Shown here piece by piece: positions 1 to 8,567 of a DNA stretch of 64,000 nucleotides. The notes under the pieces are model-generated. The model was not told the DNA's origin. It saw nothing but the letters and a program-made list of their open reading frames with translations, and did no database searches. The position numbers and the translations under genes are program-made. How positions within the stretch are numbered: the stretch's first letter is position 1; each line of letters opens with the position of its first letter. Source of the stretch: an uncultured Spirochaetota bacterium (GTDB lineage Bacteria; Spirochaetota; UBA4802; UBA5550); contig CAWHAA010000008.1 of the NCBI GenBank assembly GCA_963827275.1, positions 384,001-448,000 of the forward strand. The letters run 5' to 3'.

Positions 1-2
1 AG

Positions 3-311
3 TTTGCTCCCTTCTTCTATCGTATATACGCCCTTGAACACCAGGGTTTCCATGTTGAGTGAGAGGACTACCACGGCGCGGTAATTTGAATAAAAGCTGA
101 ATGTGTACCCGTAGTTCCCCGAATACTTGAGGGCCCAGGTCCCGACGACGCTCTTGAATGAAAGCGGGATGTTCGCGTCATTGTTTCCGGCCGCACGTTC
201 CGCCGGTGCCGCTTCCGCCGGGCCCGGGCCCGGGAAGGGCAGGGCCGTGAAATGCGCCGGCGATGATGATAATAGAAGCAGCACGCTGAGTGTAACGATC
301 ATTCTTTTCAT
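3..311 (-). CDS. Secreted hypothetical protein, N-terminal part (runs off window start)
   Basis: ATG at 311; reads MKRMIVTLSVLLLLSSSPAHFTA...VGTWALKYSGNYGYTFSFYSNYRAVVVLSLN with a signal-peptide-like N-terminus; open to the window edge; not in the ORF track. Confidence 0.65.
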   Translation of the reverse strand, partial: MKRMIVTLSVLLLLSSSPAHFTALPFPGPGPAEAAPAERAAGNNDANIPLSFKSVVGTWALKYSGNYGYTFSFYSNYRAVVVLSLNMETLVFKGVYTIEEGSK

Positions 312-405
312 GCACGGATTATGGCAAGCGTTGCTGCCCATTGTAAAGAAAAATTCCGGTGCTTTCATGAAAAACGGCAATTTATAAAAAAATGTCAACA
401 TTCAC

Positions 406-434
406 TTGACGCATTGCCGCATGCTTTATATATT
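406..434 (+). promoter_or_regulatory. sigma70 promoter of tmRNA
   Basis: TTGACG(406-411)-N17-TATATT(429-434), 9 nt upstream of the tmRNA 5' end. Confidence 0.75.
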
Positions 435-443
435 ATACGCGCA

Positions 444-796
444 GGGGACGATTATGGTTTCGACTGCAATAGTGGTTTTACAGCTGCATGCCGAGTGTGC
501 TGTCAACTCGTAAAAAATGGCAGATCTAACGTAAGTGCAAACGATAATTTTGCATTGGCAGCTTAATTAACTGTCACGCTTTCAGGCCGCTTGCTCCTCT
601 GGGGCAACTGAAAGTGTCATAAACAGAGGATAGCCTGATTCCACGGATCCCGGGATAAGGGCGAAACAACAGGGAACTCGGATATTTCTAACGGCGCCGA
701 CTCCCGGTGGAATATCTTAAAATAAATGAGACGGACAAGCATGTAGAGGCTGTACGGCTGGATTGTAGGACGCGGGTTCGACTCCCGCCGTCTCCA
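444..796 (+). ncRNA. ssrA: tmRNA; tag peptide ANDNFALAA* at 537-566
   Basis: 5' GGGGACG pairs with 3' CGTCTCC(A) including G3:U; T-arm GCGGGTTCGACTCCCGC; internal tag ends ALAA-stop; CCA not encoded. Confidence 0.97.
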
Positions 797-805
797 AAGA
801 TTTTC

Positions 806-1435
806 TCACTTTTCCTTCAGATACCCAAGCTTGAACATCCGCTCGAGGAGCCTGTTGCTGATCTGGTCAAGGAGGTCCTCGCGCAGGATGCCCTTGTCTA
901 TTTCAAACGCTTCAAAAGTGTCGACCTGGCGGTCCATGTACACCACCTGGTATTTCCCGTCCACGATAACTATCATCGAGTTGAAATCGGAAAACTGGAG
1001 CTCGGACGAGAACCCCCCGTCCACTTCGTATATGAGGAAGCTGTCAAGGCCGTTTTCGGTCTTGATTTTTTCAAATTCGTCCCTGTTCGTTCTGAAATAC
1101 CCGTTTATGATCCCCATGGTCTGGTAGTACTGGAAGTCTTTTTCAATTGAAAACTGGAGAAAGCGGTCGGAATCGGCCTTCGCGGTGTTCAGGCCCTTGC
1201 TGGTTTCGACCAGTAATTTCAGGTTATTTACTTTTTTATACGGATCAAGCCACTGCTCCATGTTTTTATGGAAGAGCTTTAATGCGACGGGGGTGTTGTG
1301 GGTTACCCGTATGATGATCCCGGTATTTTTAAGTTTTTTCAGGGCTGAGCCGTTCTTTATCTCGTTTTTGACATGGAATTCACTGCATGAAGCGAGAAGG
1401 CAGGTAAAAAGCAGCACAGGCATAAGTTTCTTCAT
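806..1435 (-). CDS. Hypothetical lipoprotein
   Basis: MKKLMPVLLFTCLLASC lipobox; GAGGTG RBS. Confidence 0.8.
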   Translation of the reverse strand: MKKLMPVLLFTCLLASCSEFHVKNEIKNGSALKKLKNTGIIIRVTHNTPVALKLFHKNMEQWLDPYKKVNNLKLLVETSKGLNTAKADSDRFLQFSIEKDFQYYQTMGIINGYFRTNRDEFEKIKTENGLDSFLIYEVDGGFSSELQFSDFNSMIVIVDGKYQVVYMDRQVDTFEAFEIDKGILREDLLDQISNRLLERMFKLGYLKEK

Positions 1436-1506
1436 GGATCACCTCGAAAATCGGAATTTGCACGCGCTGGAGATATAAATAAGGGAAAGCTGATACGGAG
1501 TCAAGA

Positions 1507-2325
1507 TTAAATTGAGCTCAGGAAGGTCCTTCCGGCATCGGTAACGGTTATGCTCACGGGCGCGAGCTCGGGACCGGTTGAATAACGGATCATGCCGAAA
1601 TGCCTGAGCCAGGTAAAGAAATAAAAGTCGATAAATGATATCGCCATAAGATCATTCCGCACGCTGAAGCCGGTCATATCGAAAAAATCATTCGCTATGT
1701 CATTCATCCTGACCGCGCCATAATGTCGGAGGGCCAGATCTTTCAAAACATGCCTGCTTGTTTTCAGGTCCCGCGCTGATTCGGGGTCCGATGGGAAAAT
1801 ATCTTCCCAGCTGGCAAGGTCCCAGAACGAGCTGAAGAGACGGTGAAACATGGCGCGGCTGGATAGTGCGGCACCCGCGACTGACGCGGCGGCGCCCTTT
1901 TTCCTGAGAATTCCGCCCACCGTCAGGAGGTTGAGGCATTGCTTGATATAGATGATGAGGAGCCCGTCATCGCCGATTTCATCCGCAAGGCCGGATTCAT
2001 GGGCCTTCTGCATACAGCGGGTGTAGAAGCTTTTTTTGAACCGCCCCTGCGCGGTAAGAGGGCATTTCCCGGAAGAAACGGCATCCACCAGCAAAAAGGC
2101 AAGACGCACGGCGAAGCAGCCATCCACGGCGACGGATGGCGGGTTCTCCTGCGCATTGTTCAGGTACCCGTAGTAGCTGTTGATGGTTTTGAGTATCTGC
2201 GCTGCGGCCCGGTTATCAGCGGGGACGTCTTCGCCCCGGAGACATTTTTTGATGCCTGCCGGTTGAATAGACGAATATTCATCAAGGATCTGAAGTTTTG
2301 ATTTATTATCGCGGTTAATAGTCAT
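1507..2325 (-). CDS. Hypothetical protein (possible winged-helix-like C-terminus)
   Basis: 272-aa ORF; WLRHFGMI...ITVTDAGRTFL C-terminal pattern. Confidence 0.6.
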   Translation of the reverse strand: MTINRDNKSKLQILDEYSSIQPAGIKKCLRGEDVPADNRAAAQILKTINSYYGYLNNAQENPPSVAVDGCFAVRLAFLLVDAVSSGKCPLTAQGRFKKSFYTRCMQKAHESGLADEIGDDGLLIIYIKQCLNLLTVGGILRKKGAAASVAGAALSSRAMFHRLFSSFWDLASWEDIFPSDPESARDLKTSRHVLKDLALRHYGAVRMNDIANDFFDMTGFSVRNDLMAISFIDFYFFTWLRHFGMIRYSTGPELAPVSITVTDAGRTFLSSI

Positions 2326-2617
2326 CGTTATGGTTAATTAATGTTAGTATATATCAAAGAACCGGCGGAAAATTACTGTCATTAATTGTTTTAACTTCTA
2401 ATTTAGTACTAAATTATTTTTTCATCTATCAATCTGATTGATCTCTTCTGAATAAACCAGAATACAAAAGGAGAGAAAATTTTTCTTTAATATAATGAAC
2501 ATCTAAATTAAAATTAATTTAAAGTCAAGATAAATCCACTTTTTTATAAAAAATTTTATTTTTTCATCACGATGCGTTTTTTGATGACGGGACGCATTGA
2601 ATTAATCATCAGGCTGA

Positions 2618-3193
2618 TCATCCAATCGTCGCCGAAATTTCTTTATGAAATTCTTTCATCTCCTCGGCGGTCATGGGTATGCTGACCGTGCCGCCGCCAG
2701 GATGCGGGAAGGAGAGTGCGTATCCGCCGCCCTCGCGGCTCACGGCGTATTTTTTTTTGCCCGGCATCTGTACGCCGGGGGCGAGCCAGTCGTCCGCGTT
2801 GAACTCGGCGATCTGGATCAGTACGCCGAACGCGTCACGGGGGTGGATGAAGAGCTCTTTCCAGAAATCGCCGTATTCATGATAGCCGAAGCAGGGGACC
2901 CCGCTGCGTTCGAGGAGCGCCGCCGCTTTTTTTATATCCGGCGTCTGCATGGTGATATGGTGCACGCCGCCCTCCTTTTTCTCAAGGAACCCATCAAGGA
3001 AGCTGCCGGCGCCGGTCGCGGTCAGGAGCTCGAGCCTGCTCAGGTCTCCCAGTGACAGGTTCTGCCAGATATATTTCATCCGGTCGTCCCTGCTGCTTGA
3101 ACCGGGGATGGCGCCGAGGAGTTCGGTAAAAAAGCGGTATGCCCGGTCATAGTCCCGTACGGCAATAGCGATGTGGTCGATGCGCTGGATCAT
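2618..3193 (-). CDS. VOC-family protein (methylmalonyl-CoA epimerase-like)
   Basis: IDHIAIAV, ELL, GVHHI, FIHPRDAFGVLIQ motifs; AAGGAG RBS favours ATG 3193. Confidence 0.85.
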   Translation of the reverse strand: MIQRIDHIAIAVRDYDRAYRFFTELLGAIPGSSSRDDRMKYIWQNLSLGDLSRLELLTATGAGSFLDGFLEKKEGGVHHITMQTPDIKKAAALLERSGVPCFGYHEYGDFWKELFIHPRDAFGVLIQIAEFNADDWLAPGVQMPGKKKYAVSREGGGYALSFPHPGGGTVSIPMTAEEMKEFHKEISATIG

Positions 3194-3332
3194 GTGCATG
3201 CTCCTTGTATAAATATCAGCATGGTATAGTCGAAAAATTCACGGATAGCAATAGTTTTTTAACATTTTCCCGATAAAAAATACTTGAATAATATATTATT
3301 TGTATCAATACGGATTGCTTGAGAGGTACGCT

Positions 3333-3530
3333 ATGAAGGCCCTGGCGGCATTAATGATAGGCATGATGGTGGTCTGTGCGGGGGCGGGTTGTAAAAAAAA
3401 GCCCGCGATGAACAGCGTCGATCTGGACCAGATCAATGCCGATGATTCGAACAATTACCGGTATATTTTCAGGGAAACAATACAGGAAGAGAAAGAGCGC
3501 GACAGGAAAAATGACAGGAAGCAGTTTTAG
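3333..3530 (+). CDS. Small lipoprotein
   Basis: MKALAALMIGMMVVCAGAGC-KKK lipobox; GAGAGG RBS. Confidence 0.6.
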   Translation: MKALAALMIGMMVVCAGAGCKKKPAMNSVDLDQINADDSNNYRYIFRETIQEEKERDRKNDRKQF

Positions 3531-3615
3531 CCCCTGCCGTTTTTCGCCGACGGTGATACAGCGCCGCTCCAGGCAGGCAGTGAACATTTAATTGAAGTAC
3601 GAGGAGACATTCGTG

Positions 3616-4758
3616 ATGAAAAACAGGATAAAAATCATCCTTCCATTCGCGGTTTTGACCGTTTTTTTCGTCCTGCACCAGTTTTCATGCTTTAAATCAA
3701 GCGATTCCCCCCTCTTCGGCGACATCGGGCAGTCGCCGCTCCGCAAGGAGGCGGAATCGGCGCAGGCCGTGGAGATACAGAATACCTTCAGGAAGATATT
3801 TAACCTCTACAAGGACCGGGTCGTCTTCATCACCACGGAGCAGACGGTGCGCGTCCGGCAGAACCCGTTTTTCGATGATCCGTTCATGAGGGAATTTTTC
3901 GGCGGCGGGGCCGCCACGGCGCCGCGCACGGAGAAACGGCGGGGGCTTGGCTCCGGCTTTATCATTTCCGAGGACGGGTACGTGTGCACCAATCACCACG
4001 TGGTGGCCGGCGTCGACTCCGTCACGGTGGGCATCAACGAGAAGAACTACAAGGCAACGGTGGTCGGCTCGGACGAGCGGACTGACCTTGCCCTGCTGAA
4101 AATAAACACGCCGAACAAGCTGAAGCCGGCCTATCTCGGCGACTCCGACAAGGTGCAGGTGGGCGACTGGGCGGTTGCCATCGGCAATCCCTTCGGCCTT
4201 GACCGCACCTTCACCGTCGGGGTGGTCAGCGCCATCGGCCGCAGGGACATCGACATGATGGGCGGCTCGCACATCCAGACCGACGCGTCGATCAATCCCG
4301 GCAATAGCGGGGGGCCCCTCATCAATATTTACGGCGAGGTGATCGGCATCAACCGTATGATCTATTCCCAGAGCGGCGGCGACATGGGCATCGGTTTTGC
4401 CATCCCGATGAATACCGCGCGCTCCATACTCGAACAGCTCAAGACCAATAAGAAGATCAAGCGCGGCTTCATCGGCGTGAGCATCGCGCTCATCACCGAG
4501 GAATACGCCCGCGAGCTGGGGCTTGCAACCAACGAAGGCGCGTTCATCGGCGAGGTGATCCAGGGCGGCCCGGGCGAGCGGGGAGGGCTCAGGGTCGGCG
4601 ACATCATACTGAAGATTAACGATAAGGAGATCGCCACCTACAAGGACCTCCTCAAGATCGTGAGCGAAACGCCCGTCGGCCAGACCCTGAAGCTGACCGT
4701 GTGGCGCCAGCGCAAGCTGATCAATCTGTACGTCAAGGTGAGCGAGCGGCCCGAGTGA
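3616..4758 (+). CDS. htrA: HtrA/DegP-family serine protease, single PDZ domain
   Basis: GSGFII, TNHHV, DLALLK, INPGNSGGPL catalytic motifs; C-terminal PDZ. Confidence 0.93.
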   Translation: MKNRIKIILPFAVLTVFFVLHQFSCFKSSDSPLFGDIGQSPLRKEAESAQAVEIQNTFRKIFNLYKDRVVFITTEQTVRVRQNPFFDDPFMREFFGGGAATAPRTEKRRGLGSGFIISEDGYVCTNHHVVAGVDSVTVGINEKNYKATVVGSDERTDLALLKINTPNKLKPAYLGDSDKVQVGDWAVAIGNPFGLDRTFTVGVVSAIGRRDIDMMGGSHIQTDASINPGNSGGPLINIYGEVIGINRMIYSQSGGDMGIGFAIPMNTARSILEQLKTNKKIKRGFIGVSIALITEEYARELGLATNEGAFIGEVIQGGPGERGGLRVGDIILKINDKEIATYKDLLKIVSETPVGQTLKLTVWRQRKLINLYVKVSERPE

Positions 4759-4772
4759 GCGCCGTGCGGACG

Positions 4773-5147
4773 CTACAGGCCGCGCGCCTCGAGCTCGCCC
4801 TCTTCGAACCCGAAGTAATGGCCCAGCTCGTGGATGATGGTTATCCGAATCTCCTCCCGGAGCCCGGCCTCGGTGTCGCACAACTCCATGAGCGGCACCC
4901 GGAAGAGGGTGATCGTGTCCGCCACGGTCTCCATGTCGCCGACGCGACGGTCCGTGAGCGAGACCCCTTCGTAAAGGCCGAGCAGGTCATCGGCGCCGGT
5001 ACGGCCCCGTTCCGAGGGGGAGGGACGGTCAGCGGCGACGATCGTGACCTTTTCGGCCATGGCGCGAAGCTCCGGAGGAAGGGCCTTCAGTACTCTCCGG
5101 TTCTCCTCGCGGACCAGCCGCTCGAATTTGTCATGTGCGATGCGCAT
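4773..5147 (-). CDS. Minimal zincin metallopeptidase (Zincin_1 family)
   Basis: LLGLYEG and ITIIHELGHYFG motifs; TTGACT(5182-5177)-N16-TATAGT(5160-5155) suggests a near-leaderless transcript. Confidence 0.88.
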   Translation of the reverse strand: MRIAHDKFERLVREENRRVLKALPPELRAMAEKVTIVAADRPSPSERGRTGADDLLGLYEGVSLTDRRVGDMETVADTITLFRVPLMELCDTEAGLREEIRITIIHELGHYFGFEEGELEARGL

Positions 5148-5191
5148 GGCCGGTACTATATCTTCTATTAATTTTTAGTCAAGTCGGTTTG

Positions 5192-5326
5192 GGGGGTTCG
5201 GGAGCAATCCCGCTCGGCCGCCTCGTATAATCCCGATTTTATTTTTACTATTAATGAATCGGGATTGACTCGGCGGCGGCAGCGACCTCCATGTCGCCTG
5301 CTCGCCGGGATCACTCCCGAACCCCC
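5192..5326. other. Long structured inverted-repeat element (ncRNA or REP/MITE-like), unassigned
   Basis: 13-bp perfect arms 5192-5204/5314-5326 plus nested stems 5207-5212/5306-5311 and 5229-5238/5257-5266. Confidence 0.6.
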
Positions 5327-5362
5327 TTTTATTTAGGAACATAAGATACCAGGAGAAGGCAC

Positions 5363-6247
5363 ATGGCAATAAATAAAAAAGCTTCGAGTATCACTGCCCT
5401 GGTCGTGGAGGGGGGTGGGATGCGCGGCATCTTCTGCGCCGGCGTCCTGGACGTTTTTCTGGAGAACAGGTTCGATCCCTTCGACCTTTACCTCGGCGTG
5501 TCCGCGGGCGCCTGTAACCTTGCCTCGCACCTTGCCGGCCAGCACGGGAGAAACTACCGGATCTACACGAACATGATGACCAGGCCCGAATTCATCAGCA
5601 TGAAAAAATTCATCGCCGGGGGCCACTACATGGACCTCGATTACCTCTGGAACGCGATCGATATCGAGGACCCGCTCGATGTTCCCGCGATTGTTAAAAG
5701 AAAAAAGGGCGATTTCACCGTAGTGGGCACCGACGTGGCGACCGGCGCTGCCGTTTACCTGAAACCGCGGGCAGATAACTGCTCAGCGGCGCTCAAAGCC
5801 TCGAGTGCGGTCCCCCTCCTCTATCGCGGTTCTCTCGAAATAGACGCGACGCACCTGGTCGATGGCGGCGTGGCCGATCCGATACCTGCGCGGGCGGCAT
5901 ACCTCCGCGGCGCGCGGATACTGGTCGTGATGCGTACGCGGCCGCCCTGGTTCCGCAAGCAGAAGGGGCTCGAAAATTATCTTTCCTCCTTCGCGACCAG
6001 GAAGTGGCCGCGGCTTTCGGCAGCTATCAGGGAACAGGCCGCCACCTATGGCAGGTGCATGGACTTCATTGAAACCCCGCCTGCCGGTGTAACGGTGATC
6101 CAGATCGCGCCCGAAATGCCCCTCCGTAGCGGCAGGACTACCCAGGACCCGGAACTGCTTAATGAGGACTATGAACTCGGCAGGCGGCACGGGGAAGAAT
6201 TCATCAATCGGTGGTATAAAAAGAAGCAAATTCACAGGTGTTTTTAG
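5363..6247 (+). CDS. Patatin-like phospholipase
   Basis: EGGGMRG, GVSAG, DGG motifs. Confidence 0.92.
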   Translation: MAINKKASSITALVVEGGGMRGIFCAGVLDVFLENRFDPFDLYLGVSAGACNLASHLAGQHGRNYRIYTNMMTRPEFISMKKFIAGGHYMDLDYLWNAIDIEDPLDVPAIVKRKKGDFTVVGTDVATGAAVYLKPRADNCSAALKASSAVPLLYRGSLEIDATHLVDGGVADPIPARAAYLRGARILVVMRTRPPWFRKQKGLENYLSSFATRKWPRLSAAIREQAATYGRCMDFIETPPAGVTVIQIAPEMPLRSGRTTQDPELLNEDYELGRRHGEEFINRWYKKKQIHRCF

Positions 6248-6290
6248 ACAATAATAGTGTATATGCATAATATTTTGTTGACTGTGCTTG

Positions 6291-6308
6291 CCAGTTTACG
6301 TTAACTGG
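6291..6308. promoter_or_regulatory. Palindromic candidate operator upstream of the acyl-CoA synthetase-MerR pair
   Basis: CCAGTTTACGTTAACTGG, 16/18 self-complementary; TTGACT at 6278-6283. Confidence 0.5.
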
Positions 6309-6343
6309 TAATAGGGGGCTATATTTTTCCCGGGAGGACCATC

Positions 6344-7984
6344 ATGACACAATTTGTGCCTATCACTATCGGCGGCCTTGTCCGCCAGACGGCAAAAAAC
6401 CATCCTGATACAATGGCGATGATATATCCGGAATCCGGGGTCAGAGCAACCTACGCGCAATTCCTTGACATGACCGTCGCGACCGCAAAGGGCTTCATGG
6501 CGCTCGGGGTCAAGCGGGGCGACCATGTGTCAGTATGGACCACCAACCTGCCGGAGTGGCTCTATCTCCAGTTCGGTCTCGGCATGATCGGGGCAGTGCT
6601 GGTGACCGTGAACACCAATTATAAATCGCACGAGATTGAATACATCCTCGGGCATTCCGATTCTACGACGCTGGTCCTGATGGAAGAGTACCGCGACACG
6701 AATTATTATGATACCGCCCGGTCCGTTATCCATGGCCTCGATTCGACGCTGCCGGGTGAAACGAAATCGGGAAATCTTCCCGGGCTGAAAAACATCGTGT
6801 ACATAGGAAAGCGTGACCGGATACCCGGCATGTTTTCATTCGACGACGTCCTCAGGCTCGGCGCGAATATATCAGACGATGAATTACTCGAGCGCGAGCG
6901 GTCGCTCGATGTCCACGATACGGTCAACATGCAGTATACGTCCGGGACGACCGGCTTCCCCAAGGGGGTCATGCTGACCCACTACAATATCGTAAACAAC
7001 GCCCGCATGGTGGGCGACGTGATGGGACTGGGGAGCGAGGACCGGCTCCTGATCCATGTCCCCTTCTTCCACTGCTTCGGCTGCGTGATGAGCACCCTCA
7101 ACGCCGTGTACCACGGGGCGACCATGGTGGTGCTGGAGTCGTTCGACCCGCTGAAGGCGCTTAAAGCGGTCCATGACGAGCGGTGCACGGCGATCAACGG
7201 CGTTCCCACGATGTTCATCGCGATGCTGGCGCATGCCGACTTCGGCCGGTATGACATGACGTCGCTGCGGACCGGGATCATGGCGGGGGCGCCCTGCCCG
7301 GTCGAGGCGATGAACAATGTTCGTGAAAAGATGCACTGCACGGAGATCGTCATCGCCTTCGGGCAGACCGAGAGCTCGCCGGTCATGACCATGACGCGCC
7401 GTGACGACCCGGTCGAGCTCAGGGTGGCCACGGTCGGCAGGCTCCTGCCGGACATCGAGGGAAAGATAGTGGACCCGGACAGCGGCGAAGATCTCCCGCC
7501 CCGCACCCAGGGCGAGATCGTCACCAGGAGCGCATGCGTGATGAAGGGCTACTACAAGATGGATGACGCCACGAAGGCCGCGATCGACGGCGACGGCTGG
7601 CTCCACACCGGAGACCTGGGGGACGTGGATGAGCACGGCTACTTCAGGGTGACCGGCCGCATGAAGGACATGATCATCCGCGGCGGCGAAAACATATACC
7701 CGCGCGAGATAGAGGAATTTCTCATTACCCATCCGAAGGTGCTTGACGTGCAGGTCGTGGGCGTGCCTGATAATAAGTACGGGGAGCAGGTGCTGGCGGC
7801 CATACGGCTGAGAGAAGGCGTGTCCGCCACCGCGGAGGAGTTGACCGCCTTTTGCGCGGGGAAGATCGCCCGCCACAAGGTGCCCCGCTACTGGGAATTC
7901 ATGAAGGAATTTCCGATGACCGCCAGCGGTAAAATCCAGAAGTACAAGCTCCGCGAGCAGTTCATGGAAAAGATCGGGGCGTAG
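6344..7984 (+). CDS. AMP-forming acyl-CoA synthetase
   Basis: YTSGTTGFPKG, FGQTE, GWLHTGD, PMTASGK motifs. Confidence 0.93.
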   Translation: MTQFVPITIGGLVRQTAKNHPDTMAMIYPESGVRATYAQFLDMTVATAKGFMALGVKRGDHVSVWTTNLPEWLYLQFGLGMIGAVLVTVNTNYKSHEIEYILGHSDSTTLVLMEEYRDTNYYDTARSVIHGLDSTLPGETKSGNLPGLKNIVYIGKRDRIPGMFSFDDVLRLGANISDDELLERERSLDVHDTVNMQYTSGTTGFPKGVMLTHYNIVNNARMVGDVMGLGSEDRLLIHVPFFHCFGCVMSTLNAVYHGATMVVLESFDPLKALKAVHDERCTAINGVPTMFIAMLAHADFGRYDMTSLRTGIMAGAPCPVEAMNNVREKMHCTEIVIAFGQTESSPVMTMTRRDDPVELRVATVGRLLPDIEGKIVDPDSGEDLPPRTQGEIVTRSACVMKGYYKMDDATKAAIDGDGWLHTGDLGDVDEHGYFRVTGRMKDMIIRGGENIYPREIEEFLITHPKVLDVQVVGVPDNKYGEQVLAAIRLREGVSATAEELTAFCAGKIARHKVPRYWEFMKEFPMTASGKIQKYKLREQFMEKIGA

Positions 7985-8014
7985 CACGGCGCGTCCGGAA
8001 CACGGGGGTGATAT

Positions 8015-8407
8015 ATGAACGGCGCGGACGGAGCAAAAATATACCAGATAGGCGAGGTCGCCAGGCTGGTCGACATCAGCCAGCGCACCGTGCGGTACTA
8101 CGAGGAGATCGGGCTCATGAACTCGGTGCGGCGCATGGAGGGGGGGAAGCGCATCTACACCGACGACGACGTGCGGCGCCTGAAGCTCATCAAGCGCCTG
8201 AAGGTGCTGGGCCTCACCCTGTCGGACATGCACGAGCTGGAGGCCAACTGGACGACATGCCGCTCGAACGACGTGGTGCTCAGGCGGCTCCTGGAGATCC
8301 TCGACTCCCACCTGTCGCGGATCGAGGACCGCATTACCGACCTGGAGATACTCAAAAACGAGATCGCGGAATACAAGGTGCGGATCAACGCGAAGCTCAC
8401 CGAATGA
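8015..8407 (+). CDS. MerR-family transcriptional regulator
   Basis: YQIGEVA...RTVRYYEEIGL...KRIY HTH and C-terminal coiled coil. Confidence 0.92.
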   Translation: MNGADGAKIYQIGEVARLVDISQRTVRYYEEIGLMNSVRRMEGGKRIYTDDDVRRLKLIKRLKVLGLTLSDMHELEANWTTCRSNDVVLRRLLEILDSHLSRIEDRITDLEILKNEIAEYKVRINAKLTE

Positions 8408-8521
8408 AAAGAAGATCGTCCTCGCATCCGGATTGAAACGTGAAGGATCGCGTCTCCCGCTCCCGGCGGTCAAGCCGCCAGCCAGGGGAATGGGTGGACG
8501 ATTTTCCCCTCTAAAATTTTA

Positions 8522-8549
8522 TTGACACTATGTACAATGTCGATAGAAT
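8522..8549 (+). promoter_or_regulatory. sigma70-like promoter overlapped by an imperfect inverted repeat
   Basis: TTGACA(8522-27)-N16-TAGAAT(8544-49); TATTGACA...TGTCGATA arms. Confidence 0.5.
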
Positions 8550-8567
8550 ACCTTCAGAGGGCGGTAT

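Noticed and set aside
321..1150. ORFs 321..566 and 707..1150 on the + strand
   Set aside because: They overlap tmRNA and the antisense of the lipoprotein gene; only the tag frame 537-566 is meaningful
770..2617. Genomic island integrated at the tmRNA 3' end
   Set aside because: No integrase and no duplicate of the tmRNA 3' end seen in the window
2326..2617. Replication origin
   Set aside because: AT-rich, but no convincing TTATCCACA DnaA-box cluster and no dnaA/gid/par genes nearby
8015..8407. MerR as a mercury sensor linked to hgcAB
   Set aside because: Only one Cys, no mer genes, ~53 kb away, and coupled to an acyl-CoA synthetase
6884..8473. Long antisense ORFs (also 3697..4881, 18142..19938, 34833..36497, 16094..17035)
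   Set aside because: Shadow frames of GC-rich genes with clear families on the opposite strand; no motifs
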